Notes: generated by a model from the sequence alone, not told the origin. Positions 1 to 10,811 are shown, counted from the whole stretch's first letter. The stretch: DNA of 63,815 nucleotides, filler included, from Myxococcota bacterium (GCA_023150835.1; 4 parts of 4 records of this genome joined end to end with filler, not necessarily neighbours in it), one strand, 5' to 3'. Translations and numbers: made by a program.

Positions 1-12
1 CGTGGTTTGGCG

Positions 13-762
13 TTAGCGGCGGGAAAAGCGGGGGGTGGGGATCTTGGGTGTGGGTGGTTTTTCGAGGTGAAATTGGTACCATTGATCGCCGTAATTCTTC
101 ATTTTCATCTGCTTGTTGTTTTGGAGTGCGACAAGGTTTTCGACGATCACGTTGTTGGCGGGGAGAGCCTTTTGTGCGCGCCCAAGGACTTCGATGGCGC
201 GATCGGTCTTTTTGATCTTGTTGAGGCAGTAGGCGTAGATATTCCAGAGCATATCTTCTTTTTTGTTGTAGCTGACGGCCTTTTCAAAGGCTTCTTCCAT
301 CTTTTCGGGTTTATGGCGTTTCATGTGGCAGATCGCGAGCATGGCTTGGGCGATCCAGTTCCTTGGGAAAGAGCGTTCGAGATAAGGCATGGCTTCTTTG
401 AAGTCGTCTTTGACGCTAAAGAGGATGATGCCGATCTGTGCGTCGATTTGGGCTTTGAGAAAGAATTGCCAACGGGCGAGGTCGTAGCCTGCTTTGAGTT
501 TTTCGACGGATTGATCGATGATCATATTGCGTCGGTCGGGGTTGCTGGCGATCTCGGGTCGGTTTTGAAGGGGTTCAAGGGTCTGAACAGCGTCGCGAAA
601 GAGGGCTTCGGTTTGTTTGGAGGTGCGGCGCACGAGGTAGAAGTAGGCCGCAACAAACCCGATCACAGCGGGGGGGAATGCTTGCCACCACACGTTGAGC
701 CAGAGATAAAACGGGACAAACAGAAAGATGCCCGCAACAAGAGAGAAGATTAAGTTGAGCAT
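13..762 (-). CDS. membrane-anchored TPR-like protein
   Basis: Two N-terminal hydrophobic segments followed by TPR-like helices (EAMPYLERS, EEAFEKAV, DRAIEVLGRAQKALP). ATG 762 chosen within ORF 13..792. Confidence 0.7.
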   Translation of the reverse strand: MLNLIFSLVAGIFLFVPFYLWLNVWWQAFPPAVIGFVAAYFYLVRRTSKQTEALFRDAVQTLEPLQNRPEIASNPDRRNMIIDQSVEKLKAGYDLARWQFFLKAQIDAQIGIILFSVKDDFKEAMPYLERSFPRNWIAQAMLAICHMKRHKPEKMEEAFEKAVSYNKKEDMLWNIYAYCLNKIKKTDRAIEVLGRAQKALPANNVIVENLVALQNNKQMKMKNYGDQWYQFHLEKPPTPKIPTPRFSRR

Positions 763-905
763 TCGGAGTGTGCCTCGTACGCAAAAACGCATAAGGAATA
801 AGGGTTTAGGAGAATCGTCTCCCTTCCAAAAAGGGGAGGGGGGGCGAAAAGAGAGTGTACCCTAATCTCGGCATAAGGCGTTGTCAAGCCTAGAAAGCAA
901 CGATG

Positions 906-2342
906 TTATTCGAACGGTGAAAGAATTTGGCGTGAGCGAGTATGGGGATCTTGTTGTGGGAGCGGAGGAGGCGGCAAGCGTCGGAAGGTCGTGGGTTGTG
1001 TGGTGGGTCGCGAAGGAAGCGTGTGGGTGTTGAGATGAGCGGTTTGTGTGGTAGGTGGGGTATCGAGCCGATGGGGTCGTGGCGGAGGAGGCGGAGCAAG
1101 CCGATGTTGTAGGCGTTGGAGCAGCCGTTGGAATCGTGCGCGAGCGATGCGATCTTGGGCGGAGCGATGGGCTTGTTGGGCGTGTTGGAGGGCTGCTTGG
1201 AGATCGCCGCGTTCTTCTTTGGCGAGGGCAAGGGTTTCGAGCATATAAGGGCGGAGGCTTGGGAGGTTGGTGTCGGTGGGCGGGGTGGCGGGCTGGAGTT
1301 GGAGTGCGCGGGTGGCGTATTGTTCGGCGCGTAGGGCATCTTGCGCAGAGACCTTGGGTTGGAGCAGCAAGGCGCGTGCGGTGTGATCGAGCAGTTCGGG
1401 GTCTTTGGGGGCGATGCGTAGGGCCTGTTCGTAGGCTTGCAAAGCGCGGGGATACAAGCGTTGATGCGTGTACACGTCGCCAAGCAACAGCCACATCTTC
1501 CATTGCGAAGCGAAGTATTTTTGCATATTTTGTTCGATACTTGCGATCTGATCGGACTTTTGGTGTCGCAGATAAAGTCGCAACGCAAGCTCGTAGGGCA
1601 AAGGCCACGGTGGGTCGGCTTGGATGGCGGCTTCGGCTTCTTGGATGGCTTGGGTGTGTTGTTCTTGGCGCAAGAGGCAAAAAGCCGTCTTGTAGCGCAG
1701 CATCGCACGTCGACGAGCGTGTTGTTTGGGGGGGTTGTTGGCTTGGATGGCTTGGTGGGCTTTGCGATAGGCTTGGATCGCTCGATCACAGCGGCCTTCT
1801 TGGAGTGCTTGATCGCCCGCTCGTTCTGCCGAAGCTCCCGGAGCAAACCAACGCTCCAACCAAGGCACATTGCGCACAAGATACGGATAGATCGCAAAGC
1901 CAAGAATGAAGACAAACAACAAGATCTGTAACCAAAGTTTGGGAGAGCGCGGTGTTGCCGTTGCCGCTGGAGGAAACGCAAATTCGTCTTCTTGGGCAGC
2001 CTGTTCGGGGCGTTGCGATTCTTTTGAAACAGCGGTCTGTTCGGTGCTTACGGCTTTTTCGGCACTTGTGACTGTTTTGGCCTTCGCCTCTTCCTTTTGT
2101 GGTGTAGTCTTGATCTTTTCGGAACCAGCGGACTTTGGTGTGATCTTGTTCTTTTCGGAACCAGCAGACTTTGGTGTGATCTTGTTCTTTTCGGAACCAG
2201 CAGATTTTTCAGGGATAATGGATTTGCTTTGGGTGGTGACTTTGCTTGGGGCGGTGGATTTTTTGGAAGGCGTTTTGTTGTTTTTCTTGGATGAGTTCAA
2301 TGGGTGGTCCTTTCTTGCGAGGCGGAGCGTATTGGAATGCAA
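906..2342 (-). CDS. TPR-repeat membrane protein with low-complexity N-terminus
   Basis: TM segment (LWLQILLFVFILGFAIYPYLV) and TPR motifs (ALQAYEQALRIAPKDP). Start uncertain. Confidence 0.7.
   Translation of the reverse strand: MHSNTLRLARKDHPLNSSKKNNKTPSKKSTAPSKVTTQSKSIIPEKSAGSEKNKITPKSAGSEKNKITPKSAGSEKIKTTPQKEEAKAKTVTSAEKAVSTEQTAVSKESQRPEQAAQEDEFAFPPAATATPRSPKLWLQILLFVFILGFAIYPYLVRNVPWLERWFAPGASAERAGDQALQEGRCDRAIQAYRKAHQAIQANNPPKQHARRRAMLRYKTAFCLLRQEQHTQAIQEAEAAIQADPPWPLPYELALRLYLRHQKSDQIASIEQNMQKYFASQWKMWLLLGDVYTHQRLYPRALQAYEQALRIAPKDPELLDHTARALLLQPKVSAQDALRAEQYATRALQLQPATPPTDTNLPSLRPYMLETLALAKEERGDLQAALQHAQQAHRSAQDRIARARFQRLLQRLQHRLAPPPPPRPHRLDTPPTTQTAHLNTHTLPSRPTTQPTTFRRLPPPPLPQQDPHTRSRQILSPFE
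2111..2205. repeat. 36-bp coding tandem repeat (PKSAGSEKNKIT), about 2.7 copies
   Basis: cttttcggaaccagc recurs at 2115, 2151 and 2187. Confidence 0.9.
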
Positions 2343-2452
2343 GCGGTATAGCTCAGATCCGCACGAAAGAAAATAGGAGCGACGTGGCGTGCAGAGGTGG
2401 GGCTTATGCTTGGAAAAAGGCGTGTTTTTGAAGAGAGGATGAAGAGGGGAGA

Positions 2453-5335
2453 TTAAGTGTAGTCTTCGATGGGTGGGCAGGTGCAGACGAGGTTGCGATC
2501 GCCGAAGGCGTCATCGATGCGGGAGACAGAGGGCCAGAACTTGTTGGAGCGAGTCCAAGGAGCGGGGTAGGCGGCTTGTTCGCGAGGATAGGGCCGATTC
2601 CATTCGGAGGACAGGATGACTTCGGCGGTGTGAGGGGCGTGTTTGAGGGGGTTGTTGTCTTTGGGGAGTTTGCCTTGTTCGATGGCGCGGATCTCTTCGC
2701 GGATGGAGATCATGGCGTCACAGAAGCGATCAAGTTCGGCTTTGGATTCGCTTTCGGTGGGTTCGATCATCAACGTCCCGGGGACAGGCCAAGACATGGT
2801 GGGTGCGTGGAAACCGTAGTCCATGAGGCGTTTTGCGATATCGACGGCTTCGATATCGGCGCTGATCTTGAGGGGGCGCAGATCGATGATAAACTCGTGA
2901 GCCACGAGATCTTGGTTGCCACGGAAGAGGACGTCGTAGTGTTGTTCGAGGCGTTTGGCCATGTAGTTGGCGTTGAGGATCGCCATCTGCGTGGCTTGTT
3001 TAAGGCCGTCGCTGCCCATCATGGCGATATACATCCAAGAGATGGGGAGGATGCTTGCGCTGCTGAAGGGGGCGGCTGCGATCGGGCCGATGGATTGGGC
3101 GGATGGGTTGGGTTGGTTGGGATGCCCGGGAAGGAAGGGGACAAGGTGAGGAGCGACACCGATCGGCCCCATGCCCGGGCCACCGCCGCCGTGAGGAATC
3201 GTGAACGTTTTGTGAAGGTTCAAATGGCAGACATCTGCGCCGATATCACCGGGTCGGCAGAGTCCGACTTGGGCGTTCATATTGGCACCATCCATGTAGA
3301 CTTGTCCGCCGTGTTGGTGGATCACGTCGCAGATCTCGCGGATGCCTTCTTCAAAGACGCCGTGTGTCGAGGGATAAGTGACCATGAGCGCGCCGAGTTT
3401 GGGGGCATACTTGGCGGCTTTGTCCTTGAGGTCGGCGATATCGATGTCACCGCGATCGTTGCAAGCGACGGGGACGACTTGAAAGCCCGCCATGACGGCG
3501 CTTGCGGGGTTGGTTCCGTGTGCGGAGACGGGGATCAAGCAGACATCGCGGTGGTGATCGCCTCGGCTGTGGTGGTAGGCGCGCAAGACCAAGAGTCCGG
3601 CATATTCGCCTTGGGAGCCAGCGTTGGGTTGAAAGGACATCGCTGCAAAGCCTGTGGCATCGGACAACCAGCGATCGAGGTCTTGGGTCAGCAGACTGTA
3701 TCCTTTGGTTTGCTCGGCAGGAGCGAAGGGATGGAGGTTGGAAAAGGCGGGCCATGTGACGGGGATCATCTCGCTGGTTGCGTTGAGTTTCATGGTGCAA
3801 GAGCCGAGCGGGATCATCGAAGTGGTCAAGGAAAGGTCGCGGCTTTGCAGGCGATACATATAACGCAACATCTCGTGTTCGTTGTGGTAGCTGTGGAAGA
3901 CTTCGTGATCAAGGTAGGACGAGGTGCGAGCGAGGGCTTCGGGATAGCGAGTGTCCATCTTCTCGGCAAGATCGGCAAGATCGAAGGGGAGCGTGGCATT
4001 TTTTGCGAAGATCCGCAAGAGTTGTCGAACTTCGTTGGTGCTGCTGCGCTCGTCAAGGGTGATCCCAAGGCTGGCATCGGCATAACGACGGAGGTTGATC
4101 TTTTGGGCTTGCGCAGCTTTGTAGAAGAGGTCGGTTTGATCGCCTGTGGGGATGCGCAAGGTGTCAAAAAACGGCGATCCATCGAGTGCAAAGCCAAGCT
4201 CTTTCAGGCCCAACGCAAGCAGCGAAGTCAGATCGTGGATGCGTTCTGCGATGGCGCGTAGTCCTTGGGGGCCGTGATACACAGCGTACATACTGGCCAT
4301 GACAGCGAGTAGAACTTGGGCTGTACAGATATTGCTGGTGGCTTTGTCGCGTCGGATATGTTGTTCGCGGGTTTGGAGTGCGAGGCGATAAGCTCTCTTT
4401 CCGCGTGCATCGCGTGAAACACCCACAAGGCGTCCGGGCATTTGACGGCGGTGTTCTTCTTGGGTGGAGAGGTACGCTGCATGAGGACCTCCAAAGCCCA
4501 TCGGCACACCGAAGCGTTGGGCAGAGCCGATCGCGATATCGGCTCCCATCTCACCGGGGGGACGCAACAGCGTCAAGGACAATAGATCGGCAGAGACGAT
4601 CGCCAATGCCTCGGCGGCATGGATCTCTTTGATGACTTCTGTGAGGTCTTGGATACGACCGTCGGTGGTGGGGTATTGCAACAAAACACCGCAAAGATCG
4701 CGCCCTGCGAGCTTGATGGTGTGGGGATCTTCGACATAGACCGTGATCCCAAGCGGCTCTGCGCGGGTTTGGATCACGGCGATGGTTTGGGGGTGTGCAT
4801 CCGAAGAGACGAGGAATCCGTGTTTTTTCTGCCGGTGGATGTTGTAAGCCATCGACATGGCTTCGGCGGCGGCGGTGGCTTCGTCAAGCAGGGACGAGTT
4901 CGCAAGCGGAAGGCCCGTTAGATCGGCGATCAGGGTTTGATAATTGATCAGGGCCTCAAGGCGTCCTTGGGCGATCTCGGCTTGGTAGGGCGTGTATTGT
5001 GTGTACCATCCCGGATTTTCAAGGATATTGCGCAGGATCACAGGCGGAGTGATGCAGTCGGTATAGCCTGTGCCGATCAAGGAACGGAAGATCTGGTTTT
5101 GGGCGGCGATCACCGCGATATCGTGTAGGGCTTGTTGTTCGCCACGAGAAGCGCCCACAGTGAGCGGTTGATGGGTGCGGATACTTTTGGGCACCGCGAC
5201 ATCGCTCAGCGCATCGAGGCTTTCAAAGCCGAGGGTTGTCAACATCGCTCGCTGATCGGCCTCGTTTGAGCCGAGATGGCGGGGGGCGAAGTGGTCTGTG
5301 GATTGGGATAGCTTCTCGTATCGGGATCTTGTCAT
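2453..5335 (-). CDS. gcvP: glycine dehydrogenase (decarboxylating), glycine cleavage P protein
   Basis: Motifs [40 protein letters not shown] and HLNLHKTF (PLP Lys). AAGGAG RBS upstream of ATG 5335. Confidence 0.98.
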   Translation of the reverse strand: MTRSRYEKLSQSTDHFAPRHLGSNEADQRAMLTTLGFESLDALSDVAVPKSIRTHQPLTVGASRGEQQALHDIAVIAAQNQIFRSLIGTGYTDCITPPVILRNILENPGWYTQYTPYQAEIAQGRLEALINYQTLIADLTGLPLANSSLLDEATAAAEAMSMAYNIHRQKKHGFLVSSDAHPQTIAVIQTRAEPLGITVYVEDPHTIKLAGRDLCGVLLQYPTTDGRIQDLTEVIKEIHAAEALAIVSADLLSLTLLRPPGEMGADIAIGSAQRFGVPMGFGGPHAAYLSTQEEHRRQMPGRLVGVSRDARGKRAYRLALQTREQHIRRDKATSNICTAQVLLAVMASMYAVYHGPQGLRAIAERIHDLTSLLALGLKELGFALDGSPFFDTLRIPTGDQTDLFYKAAQAQKINLRRYADASLGITLDERSSTNEVRQLLRIFAKNATLPFDLADLAEKMDTRYPEALARTSSYLDHEVFHSYHNEHEMLRYMYRLQSRDLSLTTSMIPLGSCTMKLNATSEMIPVTWPAFSNLHPFAPAEQTKGYSLLTQDLDRWLSDATGFAAMSFQPNAGSQGEYAGLLVLRAYHHSRGDHHRDVCLIPVSAHGTNPASAVMAGFQVVPVACNDRGDIDIADLKDKAAKYAPKLGALMVTYPSTHGVFEEGIREICDVIHQHGGQVYMDGANMNAQVGLCRPGDIGADVCHLNLHKTFTIPHGGGGPGMGPIGVAPHLVPFLPGHPNQPNPSAQSIGPIAAAPFSSASILPISWMYIAMMGSDGLKQATQMAILNANYMAKRLEQHYDVLFRGNQDLVAHEFIIDLRPLKISADIEAVDIAKRLMDYGFHAPTMSWPVPGTLMIEPTESESKAELDRFCDAMISIREEIRAIEQGKLPKDNNPLKHAPHTAEVILSSEWNRPYPREQAAYPAPWTRSNKFWPSVSRIDDAFGDRNLVCTCPPIEDYT

Positions 5336-5384
5336 GCTTTTTTTGCTCCTTTTCCCTTGCAGGACAACGCTTGGGATGCGACCG

Positions 5385-5412
5385 CAAGATACTCTTTCGC
5401 CTCTGGAACGCA
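5385..5412 (-). promoter_or_regulatory. possible sigma70 promoter for gcvP
   Basis: Minus strand reads TTGCGT-16 nt-TATCTT about 50 nt upstream of the ATG; coordinates approximate. Confidence 0.35.
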
Positions 5413-5570
5413 AGCCCTTTTTGCGGAAAACGCAGGAGAACTTTGGGCGGCTGTTTGGGGGCGAAGACAAGGCGACAGCAATCCATCACGAGCGCCGTAA
5501 GGGTCGGCCTGTGGGGCGCGATGACGGATCTGTGGGCCGTGAGGGCGGATCTGTGAGGGATGATTTGATT

Positions 5571-5648
5571 TGTGTGGCGACTCGGTTTGTGTGGCGACTC
5601 GGTTTGTGTGGCGACTCGGCTTGTGTGGCGACTCGGTTTGTGTGGCGA
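5571..5648. repeat. 17-bp intergenic tandem repeat (tgtgtggcgactcggtt), about 4.6 copies
   Basis: Units start at 5571, 5588, 5605, 5622 and 5639. Confidence 0.9.
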
Positions 5649-5661
5649 GGTGTGGTGGGGA

Positions 5662-6168
5662 TTAGCTGGCGTGGGCGAGGTGTTGGGCGCGGGGGAGGGT
5701 GGGGATCTCATCGAAGGATTGAAGGATGCGGAGTTGTCGGAGTACAGAGGACTGACGATTGCGGAGTTCTTCGAGGGTGATGGATTCGAGAACATCGCGG
5801 ATGGCTTGGGTGACGCGTTGTTGGAGTTCGTCGATCAAGAAGCGGTTTTTTTCGTCGTTGGGTTCGTGGAGTTTGGGTTCGTGTTCTTCAGATTCTTGAT
5901 CGCAAAGTGAATCGCCGAGCAGATCAAGGATCTCTTTGAGACGGATCTTGTGAGGAGCGCGTGCGAGACGATAGCCGCCGATCGGGCCGCGCATTCCACG
6001 CACGACACCTGCTTTGCGAAGCGGGATGAAGAGTTGTTCGAGGTACTTGAGGGAGATCTCTTGGCGTTCGGCGATCACGTGCAGTTTGAGGGGTTGCTTG
6101 TCTTCGTGGTGCATCGAGAGATCGACAAGGGCGCGGATCGCGTATTCTGCGCGGGTTGAGAACTTCAT
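5662..6168 (-). CDS. Rrf2-family transcriptional regulator (CymR/IscR-like, lacking the 3-Cys cluster motif)
   Basis: MKFSTRAEYAIRALVDL, ISLKYLEQL, RGPIGGYRLAR. Only one Cys. GAGGAG RBS. Confidence 0.93.
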   Translation of the reverse strand: MKFSTRAEYAIRALVDLSMHHEDKQPLKLHVIAERQEISLKYLEQLFIPLRKAGVVRGMRGPIGGYRLARAPHKIRLKEILDLLGDSLCDQESEEHEPKLHEPNDEKNRFLIDELQQRVTQAIRDVLESITLEELRNRQSSVLRQLRILQSFDEIPTLPRAQHLAHAS

Positions 6169-6325
6169 CGGAAACTCCTCTCAAGGTTCCATTGTTTCAA
6201 TCACAAATCCGCTTTGTTTGCCAGCATCTCTTGTTCCACGAAATATTTTTCAATCGAAAAGTTTGATTTGCATAAGATTTTCGATCGAATGGAAAAAGAT
6301 TCCCTAGTTTCATACTGGAAAAATA

Positions 6326-6356
6326 TGTTTCACTGAAACATATATACGTTTCAGTG
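6326..6356. promoter_or_regulatory. overlapping palindromes in the divergent Rrf2 / sigma54-activator intergenic region
   Basis: TGTTTCA-c-TGAAACA (6326-6340) and CACTGAAAC-8 nt-GTTTCAGTG (6331-6356) in an AT-rich tract. Confidence 0.5.
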
Positions 6357-6397
6357 GGCGGGGGAGGCGTTGCAAGGAGCGTAAGGAGGAAGCGAAG

Positions 6398-8125
6398 GTG
6401 GTATCAAAAAGCGAGGCGAAGTCGACGCATCGTGTGGAGGTGATGGATTCGGAGTTATCGCGTTTTGGGCAGGCGTTACGTCGGATATTGGGGACATTTG
6501 GTGCGGAAGAAGCCTTTCATGTGTTATCGGATCTGTTGCCTGAGGTGGGTGTGTTTGTGGTGGATGCGGAGCGTCGGGTCTGTTATTGGAGCAAGGGAGC
6601 GGAGAAGCTGTTGGGGTTTCAGGCAGAACAGGTGATGGGGCAGGACTGTTTGCGGGCGAATCGTTGTGCGAGTTGCGTGTCGGGTTGTGGGATCGCGGAG
6701 AAGGGTTGGGTCGAAGGCAGTCCGTTGACCTTGTACCATTCGGATGGTCGTCCGATCGCGTTGCGCAAGAGTGGTCGGGGCTTTTTCGATGGAGGAGGTC
6801 GGTTTTTGGGGGGGGTGGAGATCTTGTTTCCAGATCGTCAACCCGTACAGGACTATCCGCCGATCCCGCCCGATACAGTGAACTTTCATGGTTTATGGAG
6901 CCGTTCGCCTGCGATGCACCAAGCTTTTGAGATCGTGCGAAACGTCGGTCCTACCGACACAACGGTGTTGGTGCGAGGAGATAGTGGTACAGGCAAAGAG
7001 ATCATTGCACGCGCCTTACACGAGGAAAGCCATCGGGTCCATCGACAGTTTTTGGCGGTGAATTGCGCTGCGTTGACGCCGACGCTGTTGGAAAGCGAGT
7101 TGTTCGGTCACATCAAAGGCGCGTTTACAGGCGCGGTGCGAGATCATGCGGGCCTGTTTGCGCAAGCCGATGGGGGGACGTTGTTTTTGGACGAGATCGC
7201 CGAACTACCGCTATCTTTGCAGGCCAAGTTGTTGCGTGTCTTGCAAGAGCAGACCTTTGTTCCTGTGGGGGGCGTGGTGCCTGTCAAAGTGGATGTGCGG
7301 ATCGTGGCCGCGACGCATCGGTCGCTGCGGCATCTGGTGCAAGTGGGGGCCTTTCGAGAAGATCTAATGTATCGTCTGCGGGTGGTGCCGATCTATCTGC
7401 CACCGTTGCGCGAACGCCGCGAGGATATCGAGTTGTTGCTGTGGCAATTTATCAAGAAGCGGAATCAACAGGGGCGTCGGACGATCACGTCGATCTCGCC
7501 CGAAGCGATGCGCGCCATGTTGAACCACGATTGGCCGGGGAATGTGCGCGAGTTGCAAAACGTGGTGGATTATGCGTTTGCGGTAGGCCGAGGCGAAGAG
7601 TTTTTGTACGCAGAGTTACCTCCTGAATTCGATGCCGCTCGTGGTTTGGCCGTGATGGGTCGTTCTGTGCATCTGCCTTTGCCTGCTGGAGCGCATGCTG
7701 TTCTTGTGTCGGACGAGATGCCCCATACACCTGTCTCTTCGGCTTCTTTGCCCTTGCCCAATGCTTTGAGGCCGCCGTCCTCTTCGTCGAATCCGCATCT
7801 TTCAAACTCTTCGCTGCCGCCTCGTCTGCTTTCTCCGCCTGCTTCTTCGCCCTCTTTCCCGATATCGGGCGTCTCTGTAGGAGGTCGCTTGTTTTCGATG
7901 CCATCTACAACCGAGAGTGTATGTGCATTTCCTTCGGAACATCGGACTTTTTCAACGGAAGAGCGGCGGATGGAGATGATCTGGCCGGGTTGGGAAGGGA
8001 TGGAAGAGAAAGAGCGGATCGTTGCGGCTTTAGAGATCGCAGAAGGCCATTTGGAGCGCGCAGCGGAGATCATGGGGATGAGTCGCACGACTTTTTGGCG
8101 AAAGCGTCGTAAATACGGGCTTTGA
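6398..8125 (+). CDS. sigma54-dependent transcriptional activator (PAS-AAA+-Fis HTH)
   Basis: GDSGTGKE, ESELFGHIKGAFTGA, LFLDEI, WPGNVREL, C-terminal HTH (AAEIMGMSRTTFWRK) and N-terminal PAS. Confidence 0.95.
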   Translation: MVSKSEAKSTHRVEVMDSELSRFGQALRRILGTFGAEEAFHVLSDLLPEVGVFVVDAERRVCYWSKGAEKLLGFQAEQVMGQDCLRANRCASCVSGCGIAEKGWVEGSPLTLYHSDGRPIALRKSGRGFFDGGGRFLGGVEILFPDRQPVQDYPPIPPDTVNFHGLWSRSPAMHQAFEIVRNVGPTDTTVLVRGDSGTGKEIIARALHEESHRVHRQFLAVNCAALTPTLLESELFGHIKGAFTGAVRDHAGLFAQADGGTLFLDEIAELPLSLQAKLLRVLQEQTFVPVGGVVPVKVDVRIVAATHRSLRHLVQVGAFREDLMYRLRVVPIYLPPLRERREDIELLLWQFIKKRNQQGRRTITSISPEAMRAMLNHDWPGNVRELQNVVDYAFAVGRGEEFLYAELPPEFDAARGLAVMGRSVHLPLPAGAHAVLVSDEMPHTPVSSASLPLPNALRPPSSSSNPHLSNSSLPPRLLSPPASSPSFPISGVSVGGRLFSMPSTTESVCAFPSEHRTFSTEERRMEMIWPGWEGMEEKERIVAALEIAEGHLERAAEIMGMSRTTFWRKRRKYGL

Positions 8126-8146
8126 TCGATCTGTGTTGTGGTGTAA

Positions 8147-8258
8147 TACGAGATCCGCAGGGTGTGTGATCGCAAAACGTAGGGGCAGACAGGTGTGGCT
8201 GCCCAACAATCGGGCGTCTACACACTACCCTACGGGAACACATCACACGGGTATCGTG
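8147..8258 (+). mobile_element. MITE-like repeat family A copy
   Basis: TIRs tacgagatccg ... cgggtatcgtg, flanks TAA/TGA, internal GTAGGGGCAGAC-GGCTGCCC hairpin. Confidence 0.8.
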
Positions 8259-8312
8259 TGAGTCGTGAAACAGAGGTTTGGGCAAAAAGCGACCCAAACA
8301 GAAAGGCAAGCG

Positions 8313-9368
8313 ATGCTGGTACTCAATGAGAATCATCCTGCGCGGGCAGAGTTACAAAAACAAACTGTTGTGATCGATCCAGAAACAGCGCAACACGCGG
8401 ATATTCGGGCGTTGCGCCTCGGTGTCATCAACCTGATGCCTGTGATGAACGAGACCGAGAACGATATCTTGCGCTGCATCAGCCATTCGGTGTTGCAGAT
8501 CGAGCCGATCTGGATACGCAGCGCAACACGCGAACAATCGGGGCGTTATACCTCTCTTGAGCACGTGCAAAGCTTTTATCAGACCTTGGAAGAAGCGACC
8601 CGAGACCGGGGTTTGGATGGTTTGATCGTGACAGGTGCGCCGATCGAGCGCTTGGACTTTGAAGAGGTCGATTATTGGGATGAGTTGCGACAAGTGATGG
8701 ATTATGCCCAACGCCACGTCTATTGCACGATGTATCTGTGCTGGGCGGCGATGGCGGCGGCGTTTCATTTCTATCGCGTCCCCAAAGTGATGTATCCCGA
8801 AAAGCTGGCGGGTTTGTTTCGGTTGAAGAGTGTTTATGAGGACGATAATCCGTTTACGCGGGGGATGAATCCTGATGTGTCGATCTGTCAAAGCCGCTAT
8901 ACCGGCCTTGATTACGCGGCGATGCAACGCGAGATCTCCCAAGGGCGGATCTTGCCGCTGTTTGATTCGCAAGACATGGCCGAAGTTTTGGGCGGGCCGT
9001 TGGGGGTGACGGTGTTTGCTTCGTCGGATATGCGGGCCTTGTTTAATCTCGGTCATCTCGAATATCACGCCGCGACCATCGATCAAGAAGTCCAACGCGA
9101 TCTGCGAAAGGGTTTACATTACCCTGTTGAAAACTATTACCTCGATGCCATCGGGCGCACAGGCATCCCGCCGATGACATGGCGTGCGGATCGATCGTTG
9201 TTCTTTTCCAACTTCCTCAACGTCGCTTACGAACAGATGAATCGCCATCCCCACAAAAAGCACCGATCTTTCGTACTCCACCCCTCCTACTCCGAGGCGA
9301 ACTTCAAGTATCGCGCCGAAGATGCTGGACTCCCCACCCACGTCCCGATCCCTGTCAACGCTTTTTGA
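8313..9368 (+). CDS. metA: homoserine O-acyltransferase, MetA family (acetyltransferase-type)
   Basis: DIRALRLGVINLMP, DGLIVTGAPIE, YLCWAA (catalytic Cys), GHLEY. Confidence 0.9.
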   Translation: MLVLNENHPARAELQKQTVVIDPETAQHADIRALRLGVINLMPVMNETENDILRCISHSVLQIEPIWIRSATREQSGRYTSLEHVQSFYQTLEEATRDRGLDGLIVTGAPIERLDFEEVDYWDELRQVMDYAQRHVYCTMYLCWAAMAAAFHFYRVPKVMYPEKLAGLFRLKSVYEDDNPFTRGMNPDVSICQSRYTGLDYAAMQREISQGRILPLFDSQDMAEVLGGPLGVTVFASSDMRALFNLGHLEYHAATIDQEVQRDLRKGLHYPVENYYLDAIGRTGIPPMTWRADRSLFFSNFLNVAYEQMNRHPHKKHRSFVLHPSYSEANFKYRAEDAGLPTHVPIPVNAF

Positions 9369-9370
9369 GC

Positions 9371-9745
9371 TTACGGTTCTCGGCAGAGTTGGCGGATCAT
9401 CTTCCCTTCTTTTGTGTCGTCTCCAAGGCGGCGACTCCAACACTCTTCGATGCACTTGTCGGTGATCTTCGGAAGGTTGGATTCTTTGCCGTCTTCTTTG
9501 TACTGTTTGGTTTGGGTTTGGATGCAGTTTTGTTTGCAAGCATTGAGAAACAAGCGGCATTCATCGCTGGGTGATCTCGGCCATCCGTCTTTGTCGACGG
9601 GTTTGGCGATGGCGGGTGGAGCGGGTTTGTTGGCGATCCCAAGCCAGTTCCACGCTGCATAACTCGCGAAGAGGCTGCCGAGGCCGCCCGCGATGCCCAA
9701 AACGAATTTTAAGGTGAGTGTTTTGGCGTTCAGTTTTTCGTTCAT
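9371..9745 (-). CDS. small membrane-anchored Cys-rich hypothetical protein
   Basis: GGAGG RBS, one TM segment and six Cys in the C-terminal helical region. Confidence 0.7.
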   Translation of the reverse strand: MNEKLNAKTLTLKFVLGIAGGLGSLFASYAAWNWLGIANKPAPPAIAKPVDKDGWPRSPSDECRLFLNACKQNCIQTQTKQYKEDGKESNLPKITDKCIEECWSRRLGDDTKEGKMIRQLCREP

Positions 9746-9880
9746 CAAAAAGCCTCCGTCTATTCGAGGAAATTGCGCTTTCAGGCGTTGAGACACATCC
9801 AAGTTGAAGTGGTTATAGCAGGGGTTAGGGCAACAAGAATAGGACGGGTACGAAACCCGCCCGTCGTGTGGGTGGCGTAT

Positions 9881-9948
9881 GTAGGGGCAACCACAGGGCT
9901 ACAGCACATCGCGCCGGCGTTTTGATCGTACTTCTCTCGGATATCGTA
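9881..9948 (+). repeat. degenerate family A MITE half
   Basis: gtaggggcaacc ... cggatatcgta followed by TGA. Confidence 0.6.
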
Positions 9949-10097
9949 TGATTAAGGTGAAACCCTTGGAAGGGTTGTGCATCCAAAGGCCCAACCTTGG
10001 GATCGATCCAAGGTCGACCAGAGGGGCCTTCCAAAACAACCCGATCTTGCGACACTTTGGGGACATCCCCCAAACCCACGCGATGAGGAGAAAAAAC

Positions 10098-10592
10098 ATG
10101 GCGACCATTACACTCAAAGGCAATCCAATTCATACATCGGGCGATCTTCCTGCGGTGGGTTCGGCCTCACCGGACTTTACGTTGACCACAGCAGCTTTGC
10201 AAGATGTGTCTTTGGCGCATTATGCAGGCAAGCGAAAAGTGTTGAACATCTTTCCTAGCGTGGATACGCCCGTTTGTGCTTCTTCTGTACGCGCCTTTAA
10301 TGCCAAAGCAGCGGGCAAAGAGAATGTTGTGGTCTTGAATGTCTCCGCTGATCTGCCTTTTGCGATGAAGCGCTTTTGTGCTGCCGAAGGTCTCCAAGGC
10401 GTCGAAAGCCTGTCCTCGTTTCGCAGCGAATTTGCAAAGCGCTTTGGTTTGGAGATCACGGACGGACCGTTGGCAGGGCTTTGTTCGCGGGCGGTCTTGG
10501 TGTTGGATGAAAACAACAAAGTGATCCATGTAGAACAAGTCCCCGAGATCGCACAAGAACCCAACTACGACGCCGCTCTTGCTGCTCTTTAA
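10098..10592 (+). CDS. tpx: thiol peroxidase (atypical 2-Cys peroxiredoxin)
   Basis: FPSVDTPVC and [21 protein letters not shown]. Confidence 0.97.
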   Translation: MATITLKGNPIHTSGDLPAVGSASPDFTLTTAALQDVSLAHYAGKRKVLNIFPSVDTPVCASSVRAFNAKAAGKENVVVLNVSADLPFAMKRFCAAEGLQGVESLSSFRSEFAKRFGLEITDGPLAGLCSRAVLVLDENNKVIHVEQVPEIAQEPNYDAALAAL

Positions 10593-10690
10593 TCTGCACG
10601 CTCCCGAAGATGTCGGCGACCCAATGCAAGGCATCCTACGGAAGGTTTCGGGGCTTGGGCGGGGATATGACTCGATTTGAAAAAACGCCA

Positions 10691-10811
10691 AAAAAAGCCG
10701 CGTTCGCGACGCTTCAAGCGACATCTTTGTTGTTTTGAAAAACAGCGATCGTTTCGACAATACGGGGTCAAGGGGCGGCAGTCTATGGCGGGGTCTGGGG
10801 CAGCGCCCCAT
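10691..10811. repeat. mosaic repeat family B, modules C+D
   Basis: Reverse-complement similar to 13651-13775 and 63391-63512 (gccgcgttcgc..ttcaagcg..ttgaaaaac + ggggtcaagggg..ggggcagcgcccca). Confidence 0.7.

Noticed and set aside
2576-4261. Long antisense or alternative-frame ORFs (also 10167..11957, 33729..35003, 890..1981)
   Set aside because: Shadows of well-supported genes, with no motifs of their own.
5336-5660. Glycine riboswitch upstream of gcvP
   Set aside because: No GGAGA..CCGAAG..CTCTCAGG aptamer core seen on the minus strand.
6205-6226. sigma54 promoter for the Rrf2 gene
   Set aside because: TGGCA is present but the GC is at GG-N8-GC rather than the required N10.
8126-8312. 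SAM riboswitch upstream of metA
   Set aside because: The structured sequence is a family A repeat found next to unrelated genes.
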